A DNA stretch of 55,323 nt, the filler included, from Sluysia triapertura (Eukaryota): NCBI GenBank assembly GCA_046118255.1. It is 4 parts of 4 records of this genome, joined end to end, with 100 filler letters (N's around TTAATTAATTAA, not from the genome) between each part and the next. Parts side by side here need not be neighbours in the genome. Positions count along the whole stretch, not along the records: positions 18,170 to 30,397 come from JBJNIA010127520.1; positions 30,498 to 42,803 come from JBJNIA010121194.1; 2 more parts are not named here. One strand, 5' to 3'. Of the stretch, positions 25,029-36,731 are shown piece by piece. Both the position numbers and the translations under genes were made by a program. Within the stretch, counting starts at the first letter, position 1, and the number at the start of each line of letters is the position of its first letter. Under the pieces are notes generated by a model. It had not been told where the DNA came from, made no database searches, and saw only the letters and a program-made list of their open reading frames with translations.

Positions 25029-25797
25029 TGCTGTGGTTTTCTAAATTTCTAACCTACAACAAAATCAAATTGAACTGTGTCCGGTTTCAGTAATCGTCTT
25101 ACATTGTAAATAGGGCGTTTCTGTAACTAGATCTAAGCTAAACTTAATGTAAAATTTATTGTCTTGGAGGGTCTTGCGCTTAATAACTTATTCTTTTAAT
25201 TTACAGTTAATCCAATCCTTGCCTTTTTATCTTTGTTACTCTAAAGTTGATTTTATTAAATTATATCAACAAATAAAACAATTAAAAACTTTATTGAAAA
25301 CTATAGTTAAGTGAATAAATAAATTGGTATTTTAAAACTTCCCCTCATTAGATCGGGGTAATGAAACTATTAAAACGAAATTTAAGTAGATTTTAATATT
25401 TCATTTGCGAGATCGAAACTCCTTAAATTAATAAACCTTACTAAATCAATGGAGTTCGCCTGAATTTTCTTAAATCTCTACTAAAAATGAGCTATCTAAA
25501 TCTACTAAAAATCCAAACTATGACCAATATTGCAAAGTTATATTGGCGACTGAAAAGATGGCGTAACAAAGTAGCTGCAAAATGATTATTAAAATCCAAT
25601 ATGGCTGACCACAAATGGCGATTTTCACTAAACTGATGCTAGTTTATATACAAGTCATCAGCCAATAGGAATCGAGGAATGTTTTAGAACATTCTAGAAG
25701 CTTCTATTCTATTTTTGGAAGCGAATTTTCTTTTTGAAAAATTTCTTTGGAAAATAAGATTTTTAAATGATATAGAGAGTTGTGATAACAATCTACA
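25029..25797 (-). mobile_element. LTR-like repeat copy 1 (HSE-bearing)
   Basis: TG...CA ends. Shares TGCTGTGGTTTTCT, TTCCCCTCATTAGATCGGGG, CTGATGCTAGTTTATATAC.AGTCATCAGCCAATAG and TTGTGAT..CAA.CTA with 27350-28150. Confidence 0.7.
25643..25705 (-). promoter_or_regulatory. Heat-shock promoter module (HSE array, CCAAT, TATA)
   Basis: gGAAt gTTTt aGAAc aTTCt aGAAg cTTCt (25676-25705), CCAAT at 25662, TATATAAA on the minus strand at 25650-25643. Confidence 0.75.
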
Positions 25798-27349
25798 AAA
25801 ATATTAAATTTTGTTTTTTTAGTAGAATAACTTAAGTGTAGCAAGCCAATTTTTAAAGTAATTTATTTTGATAATTTCTTAAAAACTTTATTTATTGCCA
25901 TTTTATTTTTAATTCCATAAAATGCGAAAGACGAAAGATGTCATTAAATCGATATTTACATGGGAATTTAAAATTCCAAAAGTAGTGATGCGGTTCTCGA
26001 AATCAAGAAAACCTGGTGACATTGTGGTGTCCAACTTCCCACAAAATTTTAATATATCACAATACACTAAAAATCATATTTTTTACAGCACTTAAACCAT
26101 TCATTACATCAGAAATCATTAAATTTGTATTTTAAATTTAAAAATAACCATAAACTATATGAAATTTCTTTTAACACCTTTAACATTGTTAATACTCTCT
26201 ATTACACTCCTTTATAATTTTTCTGTATCTTTTTAACAATAATCAGAAGGAAAACTGAGTGAATTCAAATGCCTTTTAGTAAAAGTGAGTTGAACATGTA
26301 GTAAAAGAACCAGCATTAGAACAACTCTTTGAACGAGAATTAGATAATAAGTCTCACGAAGACAATGAAGGAGAACTTTCACAAGATATGGGAATATTAA
26401 AATAATTAAGTTAAACTTACAATTCAACAATGTAATACCAACTTTAATATCATCAGAATTTCTTAGAACGTATTCATTGTTCTCGGAAAGTAATGATCAA
26501 ATTATTAAGATGGATGAAAAAGCCATTATTCCTGCGGAATGTTTAAAATTGTATAAAAAAGAACTAAGTGATACTAAGATTACCATTTTCTATCATTCAC
26601 TTAATACAAAATCTGTCGGAGATTTGGAGACAGAAGAAATTCCAAGTTAAAGATTTAGATCAAGAGAGTCAAGAAAGTTTAATAATGAATTTGATATCTC
26701 AGTCATTTCTTACAGCATTAAATAGATAGTCCGAGTATGAATTGTGCAAGCACTCTCTGGATCTTAATCCTTACCTTATTAATACAACGTTCAGTGTAAA
26801 TGATATCTTAGACATTAATTCTAATTTTGTTAATAGTTTCGATATTAATTGTTATTCAACCATTGTTACTAATTGTTTTCGTATTTTTAGATATATTAAG
26901 TATCCGTCATAATCGATTAGTAATGTGTTATTTGATCATTACAGTTATCATTATTGATAATAAAAAGCATAAATTCTGTACTGACAATAATCCATTTATT
27001 GATGTCATCAATCATTATATTAATGATAATCAAATACATGATTTAAAACTATACTTTAAAAATAAATTAATTATTAGTTATAATTACAATCGCCGTAATG
27101 TCTTATAACTAAAGATCAATTTGTCCATGCAGTAACAATCTTGATAAATTTCTTTGTTACTAAACTAAAGGTTAAATACATCATCTCATTAACTTATCAA
27201 CAATTCAAAATTCATAATGTTCGTTCAACGACACAAACATAAACTACAAATATCGAAGTAGTAAAATCTACATGAGTAATTATATAATTAACAACTCATT
27301 TCAACTCAATACTATGATTCATACCTCAACATTTCATGAACTATTCTAT

Positions 27350-28150
27350 TGCTGTGGTTTTCTTATGAATTAAACCGGCAAAATAAAATTGAGCAGGGTC
27401 CGGCTACAGTAAGTGTCTTACAACTAATAGTTGGCGTCTCTGTAGCTTGTAGTATAATCTAGTATCTCAAAAACCTTATTAACTAATGGTAACATCGAAA
27501 TATCCAACAAAAATAACAAAAAATGTGAATGTATATTATTAAAATTTTATATTAAATACAGATTATAAAAAGAAAAAATAATTGAATTTAAAATTGAAAC
27601 CTTTGAGGGTCTTCAATTTACTGATTAAAATTTATAATTTATAAGTTCCCCTCATTAGATCGGGGCGGTAAAATCCTTAAAAAATGAAAATTAAGTATAT
27701 TTTACGTTTTAATTAAAAATTAAAACAGACTTATAATTAATAAAACTTACCAATACAGAACTTAATTCCTAAATTAAACAATATTGTTTTGTGTCCGTTA
27801 CTGTCTTCGCTAATTGTCCAAAATGCTGAGATAATTGTGATGAATAAATCACGTGCCAAATAATTTGTATCAAATAAATAACATCAAATAAATTGTGTCA
27901 ACTAAATTGTGAAAACTATTGAGCTGATGCTAGTTTATATACTAGTCATCAGCCAATAGAAATCGATAGAATGTTCTATAACATTCTATAACATTATAGA
28001 AGCTTCTATTCTATTTTTAGAAGCTTATTTTCTTTTTTGGAAAATAAATGTCTTATAGTCGTTTAAAGGTTTTTAAATATTTCTTAAGTAATTTTTAAAA
28101 TTTTTAATGATAGTTTAGACATTTTAAAGGGTTGTGATGGCAACCTAACA
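27350..28150 (-). mobile_element. LTR-like repeat copy 2 (HSE-bearing)
   Basis: Diverged direct repeat of 25029-25797 with TG...CA ends. Confidence 0.7.
27934..28007 (-). promoter_or_regulatory. Heat-shock promoter module (HSE array, CCAAT, TATA)
   Basis: Eight in-register pentamers at 27968-28007 (five perfect nGAAn/nTTCn), CCAAT at 27953, TATATAAA on the minus strand. Confidence 0.7.
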
Positions 28151-30397
28151 TAAGTTAAAATTTTAATAAATTAATCTGTTAATCTCATTTTATGTTTAAA
28201 GGTTTTATTAAGGTTTTAAAGTTATTTAGTATTTAGTAGGGCATTCAAGAGGCTCTAGATGTTTTCATCTTCCCCACTCTGATTCCTTTTCCTACTTCTT
28301 CACGTTAATTACTACCATGTTAAATTTACCCTTAATATTAGAAAGAATGATTATATTTCAAATATTTTAAATATTTCAGATACTTTATAAGGTTACTTAA
28401 ATGTTTTAAATACTTATAAGGGTCTCAACGTTTCATAGAGATTAATAAGATGATTTCAAAATTCACAAGTTCAAATGCCTTGAAAGGTTTTTTCAAATTC
28501 ATCCAAATCCTCCACAAGGTCTAAATACCTTATGTAGGCCTTTGGAACAGCTGTCAACAGGTTCTCTCATTTTCAAAATTCTTATTCTAAGAATATTTCT
28601 ACTTAGTATCCAATATATCTACTTGGTATCCATTTTTCCTTCATTTTATAGTGCCCCATTTTTGCCATTAATCTCCCGATCCACAGTGTGGCCTTCCAAA
28701 CTTATCTCATTCCCGAAGCAAAAGTCTGACCTCATCATTAAAAAAATTACTCTATAAAGTCAGACGTATAAAGCCAACAGTTTGTACTCCTGATAAATCA
28801 TACTGATTACCAATAAAAGATAGAGTGGAATTCAAAATTATCACTATAATTTAACAAACATCATGACGACCTCTTTGAAATTACAAGAATTGTCACTTAA
28901 GTGGTTAAAGTACTGATTGTTAATTCAGTGGTTAAAGTTTTATTGCTGTTCAAGAAAATGAGCATCTATTGTCAATTAAGTGGTTAAAACTTTGGACATC
29001 AATTGGTTTAGGCCAGACAATACTTTTTCAAAATATTTAAAGGTTCTAGAAATACAATTATATTATTTATTTATTTAATCTTGGTTATCATGTTTTCATT
29101 CTTTGTTTATTAAGCATTATTTATTACAGTTGTTTTTAATAAAACTTAGTTTTTTTGTATATTATTCTTAAGATTAAATGTTAAAGAATATAAGAAATTT
29201 TTAAGTATTTATAAAGTTATAAAAGAAGTCGACATTTAGTTCTAAGTTAATATTTAACAGAAATAAAATATTGAGGAATTGTTCAGAATTACAAGGAAAG
29301 TTTGTTATCAAGAAATAAGTTAAATCTTTAAAAGATTGAAATAAACTTAATTTCATAGTTAGAATTTAATTAAAGGTCCAAATATTAAAAAAAATAAAAG
29401 AGAAAGGTATATGATATTAAAGAACTGTTTAAAAATATATACGATTCAATAGTAAGAGAAAAGAATTTTTTAAAGAAATAGTAAATGTATTTATACTTAT
29501 AAGAATAAGGTATTTTAAAGTACAACTGCTCGAGCTGAACTCATATTTAAACGAATAGTTAAAAAGAAATAAACAAAGTTTTATTAAACGATAACATAAC
29601 TATTACGTATTAGAATATAAATTGCTTTAACAGACTAATTTAATAGAAAACCCTCAGACGTTTTATAAGAATAAGATACAACTGGTTTGATAATCCTTTA
29701 CAATAAATATTGCTGTAGGAAGTTTTATATATATATATATATATACCGAGATATTTTCAGAGAATAATCTTAAGGTTATAAATGCTGTTACTAACGAATA
29801 CATCGCCTTAGGTTTATATCGTATAACGTAAACGGACCATTATAAATTATAAACAATTTGAAGGAATAAATAACAAAGAAAAAATCGTAGCATAATAATG
29901 TAAAGTTTAATTAGTAAAGTTTAATCAATCTAAAGTTCAATATCAATTGTTTAATGTTTATAATAAAGTTTATGTTTAAGTTTATAAATATGCATAATTC
30001 ACATTAAAATTCAACTAAATATTTTATTTTAAAATTTTTTGGAATTAACTAAATATTTTATTTTAAAGAAATTTTTTGGAAATTAATAATCAAACCATTA
30101 TTATTTGGAAAATTAACAATAAATCATCGTTCGAAATGTAGGTTTATAGTTGTTATTTTAATTATATATTGTTATTTTTATTAAAATTATATTTAAATTT
30201 TGATAAATGATTTATATTATTATATTTAAATTTTATATTTAAATTTTATATTTAAATTTTATATTTAACTTTTATATTGAAAAATTACAAAAAATATTGA
30301 AATTTACATATGCAAAAATTAAATAATTTAATAAAAATTTTGTTTTAAACAAATGAAACAGATATAAATAAACTAACAAAAATTGAAACACTCACAA

Positions 30398-30497
30398 NNN
30401 NNNNNNNNNNNNNNNNNNNNNNNNNNNNNNNNNNNNNNNNNTTAATTAATTAANNNNNNNNNNNNNNNNNNNNNNNNNNNNNNNNNNNNNNNNNNNN
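30398..30497. other. Assembly gap with artificial linker
   Basis: N44-TTAATTAATTAA-N44. Confidence 0.97.
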
Positions 30498-32449
30498 TTA
30501 TTTTTATGGTAACAACATTTATGTTGTGTGACCCCTGAGATATTATAAAGGAATTAATTTATTGCAGAGTTTAACTAACTAGATAAAAGGTTTTATTGTT
30601 ATATCTATAATTGTGATATAAAGATTTGTATTATAACATTTGATTTATAAAATATATAGAGATTCGGTTTTGTTTGATTTGAGTTTTTATAAAGAAGAGT
30701 TAATAATTTTATTGAAAAACACAACATTTCCAATTACTCACACCTTAACTATGCTTTCTATTTCATCACGCCTAAATTTCCAATTTACTCCTTTAATTGA
30801 AATATTTTTATTACTGTATTAGAATAATAATTATTATTATTGAATGTATAATTTTATAACAATTATATAATTTTCTAACAGTTAGTCGTAATGCAAAATA
30901 TAATTGAATAATTAATTTTGTCCAAAAGAATTCGAATTGTGTAGATGAAAAGTATCATTTTGATAATCCCTTCTATTTATACCTTGTGTTTTGAGAATAA
31001 ATTGTAATAAATCTTATGTTTTTTCCTCTAAAAGTTATGATTGTACAACCGCGTAATTTGTATGTCTCCTTTTCCTATTATTAAATTTTACTATGTAGTA
31101 TAGCCAATACGTTTTACTGCATGTATTTTCAATTTCTATAATATAATCTTGCTGTAGCCAGTTATTGTGTACTTTCTACATTATAGATTTTCTATACTAT
31201 AACTTGTTACTATAGCTAAGATTTTTCTGCCCTTTCTATATGTTTATTATAGTCAATACTTTTCTATACATATTTTTTAGCTGTAATCGATTCTTGTTTA
31301 TGTTGTTTCCATGGTGGTTTAATACTGTTATTTCTCCTGTGGGTTGGTTATTGTGGATTTAATTATTACTTTATTATTAATTATTTTAATAACTCTAATA
31401 TATAATGGGTGTAAACGGAATAAATTAATATGTTGATTATTTTATTTATTAAAAAATATGATAAATACGATTATGATGAGTTATTGATTAAGATTGTCAT
31501 TAAGTTAATTTCAATATATTTGGATACTTGTGTTGATTTAATCATATCTGAGAACTGTGTTTCATAATTATATTTTTGAAAATCGCTCGACCGTTTCATG
31601 TTAATCTTATTTATTTTGTTTCTGAACCACAAATTTTTTTCATAAAAATATAAATACATTTAAGAATAGTTGTATCTTTAAACATGCATAATCTAAACCA
31701 TGTCTAGATGTTATACATGTAAACAAGAAGAATCTTTTTTAAATGTTATGTATTAAGGTAACATAACAACCAATTACAAATGCATACACAATCAAAGTAT
31801 GCAGGAATAAATAAATAAAACTTATGGATTTATTACTTTAAATTTGTAAAATGTTAACTCTTCACTGTTTGTACAAATTTAATAAATTAATAGTGCAAAA
31901 ACGATAAAACTTTACTAGATCAATTGATTAACAATAATTTATAAGTAAGTCCATACTTTCAAAATATTCCTTAAAACTTTCTGAAAGTTCAAAATTTTAA
32001 TATCTTGGCAGAATTTCTAAATTCATTTCTGCGGAAGTTCAAAATCCATAAATTTATAATTTTATGGTGGCACGATTTTATTAATCCTACATCACAAAAT
32101 AGATAACAAAATCTATAATCTTAATCATTTTAAATTACAATTTAATTCATCAAACTCCACATTTTACATAATCGAATATTTCTTTACATATTTTTTAAAA
32201 ACCTTATTAAAATATTTTGATCAAGTCAGTTAAGTACAATGTTTGTATTGAATAAATCTTATTAAACAAAGATTATTTTTAATTGCAAAAACAATATTTC
32301 ACTCACGCCATTCGAGATCATTTTATATCTCAAACTATCACAGCTTTAGAACTTCTAAGTATATTATTACTTAATATTAAATAAATACAAGCTAATAATC
32401 TTGAAAACAAAGAATTTGAAAGAACTCTGTTTCTGTTACAATAAAAATT

Positions 32450-33400
32450 CACTTTAGCATAATTATATTAAAGTGCAAATTTTATAAACTCATTTTGTAA
32501 TTCTTCAAGATATGATGTTACAGGCTGTTTTAGTTTACCTTATATTAATTCAATCAAAATAATGACATAAAATAATATATCCCTCATCACCTGTGTGACA
32601 CATTTACGAATAATGTGAAATTTATGTTTAGGTATACTTTAAAACATTTGTCTGTATATCTAATGCAGTTTATTTGCCTTTTGGTCTATGATTACGGTCA
32701 TATTTATCTTCGAATTGCACCTTAAATCCAATTCCAATTTTATGTTCATTACGTTGCAGTTTAGTTTCCACTCCATATTTATCAACTTTAAGTCAGATCC
32801 TAGCCATGCATTCTAAAATATCTGAATTAGCTATCTTATTAACAAAATTCGACAACACATCAATGTCACTATTTGGTCTAATATTTTCCAATTAATTCCA
32901 GTTCTCTGACCAATCAGTAAAATAAAACTGTATACTTGATGTTATTACTTATGGTTTAGAAATGAACAAATTACCATTAAATACATCAAAAATGCTATAC
33001 AGTCATTCAACTCCTAAACAATATATACTTATTGTTTCACTAGCTCGACCGATTTTTAAATATTTGATGGCCACAATAATATTTGTCAAAATTATGTTTT
33101 TGAAAAAGACATTATAAAGAGTAGTACGCATTCAATGAGTTCGATAATCTTAAAATCAGAAAACAGAGTAGTATCACGAGTCATTAACATTCTTTCTTTA
33201 TCCAATGAAATTTTAATCAAACCTTTTCGTAAACATTTCGTAAGCTTTTCATGTTTAAAAATCCACTTGGTTCAATTGTTACTCATTCGAAACATCAACA
33301 TTAATATATTATTCTATTGCGTTGAACATAATTTCTGAATGTTATATGTATCGTCACATAATAAATGTCCATTCACATTAATCTCATAACATCAGAAAAA
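32450..33400 (-). pseudogene. Decayed long ORF of unknown family, apparently homologous to ORF 49515-50183
   Basis: About 200 codons, mostly in one frame with scattered stops. VITSSIQFYFTD..SNFVNKIAN..ARI*LKVDKYGVE aligns by eye with IRTSSTERFYTTQ..SLYIKMTN..CRLNMQTDDQGLE. Confidence 0.4.
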
Positions 33401-35949
33401 TTATTGTAAAACTTCTACTCCGTTTAAGACTGAACTTAAATTACTGAACAATATATAGATAAATGTATTTATAAAACGCTATTAACAATGATCTTATTTC
33501 GAAAGAAGTTGAAACTTTAAACTTGCATTAATTAATTAGTTTATTTAAGTACTTAAATTGCTTAGGAATAAATACTAAGACTCTTGCTTGATATCTGTTC
33601 AACTTTACATACGTCGAAATATTCCTGTTTTTTTAAATCGGGATAAATTCAATTCGAGTATCTTTTGGTTTAAAATCGAGTCAGTAAACTATAATATTAT
33701 ATTGATTTCGTAGAAGCAAATACTGAACCAATGAAATTACAAATATTTATATATTTTGTGTTCTTATAATTTCTACAACAAAATTTTATATTTTAATAAT
33801 TGATTGTTATTACTTTATGACAATTAAACTCATATTGAAAATTATTTGTTGTAAGTTATTCTAGTTTTGAATTAAACTTGTAATTCTTAGATTATTTTTT
33901 ATTAAAGATTAATGATTCTTATTCGTAAACTTTAACTGAAAATTATTTGTTCTATCAATTTTTACTTTTAACTTTCTTAAAATTAGCTGAATGTAAAGCA
34001 CTTACTTTTAATTATTCAAACTTTCTTAATAACTCTAGTAATTTTAAAACTTCAGTGACGAACAGTTTGTATCTGAAAAATCGTAGTTTTACTTGTACCT
34101 GATGTAAAAGAAAGAATTGCCATAACATTTGAATTTCCTTTCAATGCCTGGAAAAAGGAAAATTTATTATAATAACAGTAATGTAAAATTAATTACATGA
34201 ATAGCGACATAAACAATAAAATTTTGAAAGCACACATAATATAATAAATTTTTTATAATTAAGAATAAGTTAGGATATTGTATCTACGATTAATCAAACA
34301 AAATTAAAAACTGGATTAACTCAAGAGTAAAATAAAATGTTCCAGCGATCAATAAAATGACTAATAAATTATCATTCCGAGAGTCCAGCAAAATTTCGAT
34401 TCCAATGATCATGTAGCCAAATAAATCGCATGAACCTAGCACTGATAAAAATGTCCTAACGATCAATAAGCCAAATAATTTCACAAATATATTAGTGTTT
34501 GTGTGTGTAATATCTTTAAAGTTTATTCCTTCTTGTGTGGGTCTTTGTAAATATACATCTTTTTGTTGATGCTATATTCTAGCCCAAAATTTGTTTAGTT
34601 TCTATGATAATTTCTTCAAAATCACTTTCTTTCTACAATCAATCTCGTTGTTTGACTAACTTGTTCTATAATATAGTACACTGTTAAAATGTTATTTTAT
34701 ATGTTTCTAAATATTCATAGTAGAGTTCTGGCTATTAATATTTTCTATCATATAAATTTAGATTCGCCTATGTTTTTAGATTAGCTGTGTTTTTAGATAA
34801 ACACATTTTATAGGACAAATTGTATAATTAGCACATTCATTTCTATCTTATGTCTATTTAAATTTCTCAAAGTCTCTTAATAAAGCGAATATCTTCATAT
34901 GTTTAATTATCTATGTTTAATAACGAAAATTGATATCAATTTGTGCAGAAGGTTTTTGAAATTTTCAAGTGTTTTTTGCAAATAATTTTGTGCCCTTGTT
35001 TGAAGCAGGACTCGAAAAATGATTTTACCAGCTTTTTAAATAATATAACAACCGATATTCTATAGTTAAACTATGAAATTTAAATATCTTTCTTAAGTTT
35101 ACGAGCTTCTTTAAAGTAGGAGTACTATGAACTATTATTTTTATAAGTTAGTGAAACAAAAATTTATATAATAATGTGCAAAAACAATTAAAGAGCTATT
35201 TCTTAATTTCAATTTTATTAAAGTTTTACTCGGAGCTTATCGGCTTTTTGAAAATAGTTATTAAATATTTTAGGTAAATTTTACACACTGCTTAAAGTAT
35301 GTGGATCTAATGTAAAAATGATGTACAATAAATGTAATAGCTTTAAAAAATATCATGTAATCGAAACAATCCGTTTGTTGTCAAATTCCTTAGAGAGAAG
35401 GGAATTTCTGTGTTAGAATTGTTGAATATGATAAGTTTCCAGATGAGAATATATTATTTGTTCAAAATAAATTATTAATCAAGTGTCTTGTTAAAAGATT
35501 GAAATAATTGGGAATCGTTATTTTAAGAATAAATTACAACTGTTATGCATTTTTTATTAACTTAAACTATTTGTACTTTTGTGCATTAAAAACTATGTAT
35601 TGTATTCAAGGTTCGAGGCCTTTTAAAAGTGCGTATTTTTAGTATTTTAGAATTATTACCATTATATTTTTCTTGGCATTATTTTAAAAGTACTATTGTC
35701 TATTATGTGCTTGTTTGTAATGGATCCTAACAGATACACACAATGTGTTACGTATTTTGTATTATGTATTGAATAATCATTTGAGTCAGTAAAAATAGTA
35801 ACATGTACAATGCCTTTTAAGAACATACAATTCATGCACATACACTTTCACTTAATTAACTAATAAAAATGGTAAACTTGATAATAGTATAATTGAAACA
35901 GACCACACACGATTAATGGAGTTCGATATTTTTATTTATTATTATAAAA

Positions 35950-36400
35950 TTACTTATTCATCCCTGTTAGATGATTTTTATGCATTCGTCACAAATTTTT
36001 CTTGAATTATTGATTTTGAAATTATTCGTGAAATTTATAATAATTTAAGTCGGATTACGTTTTCAACTTTTGATGTAGTATCTCTTTTAACTTATATTTC
36101 TTGGTTGGATTAAAAAGGACAAAAATTATTTAGGACTTATAACTATTTGAAGTTTCAAACTGTGTTACTACAAAAAATCAATAAAGGTGTATATTTATCA
36201 AAAATTTAAATAACTCAGTGTATTATATAAAATATCGTTTGATATAATAATTACCACATTTAATACTAATTTAAAACAAACTTAGTAGATTTAATGATAA
36301 TTTTAAAAATTTTATTAATTGTAGTGTTTATACTTGTATGTTTTGTTTAATTTATTCGCTATACATCCACAACTTCAAGAATGACAATAAAAAGAGTATT
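35950..36400 (+). mobile_element. Penelope-like RT fragment
   Basis: FSTFDVVSLLTYI (~36060-36098; cf. LVSFDVVSLFTNIP) and LNLFAIHPQLQ (~36347-36379; cf. NSIHPKIQFT). Confidence 0.5.
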
Positions 36401-36532
36401 CATAAAAATGAATCAATTCATTTACAATGAATTAATAATTTAATTAGTGACTTTGTTATTGGAGTAGTATTATTTCAACAAATTCGCTATTTTTGCGTAT
36501 AGCGAATTATCTCCAGAACTGATATTAATTAT

Positions 36533-36731
36533 ATATTGTGTTTCTTGTTTCTACATAGTATTTTCTACCATTATTATATTATGGCCAATTAATTTTTTAA
36601 TTCTATTCTATAATAATTATTCTACAATTAATATTGTGTTTCTTGTTTCTACATAGTATTTTCTACAATTATTATATTATGGCCAATTAATTTTTTAATT
36701 CTATTATATAATAATAATTATTCTACAATTA
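36533..36731. repeat. Recent tandem duplication, ~98-bp unit x2
   Basis: Near-identical units starting ATATTGTGTTTCTTGTTTCTAC at 36533 and 36631. Confidence 0.9.

Noticed and set aside
25339-25358. CCCC-TCATTAGATC-GGGG hairpin in the HSE repeats as a ribozyme
   Set aside because: Only a 4-bp stem; no hammerhead or HDV topology. Kept only as a conserved family motif.
36481-36508. 10-bp perfect hairpin as a Helitron 3' end
   Set aside because: No CTRR at the proper distance on either strand.
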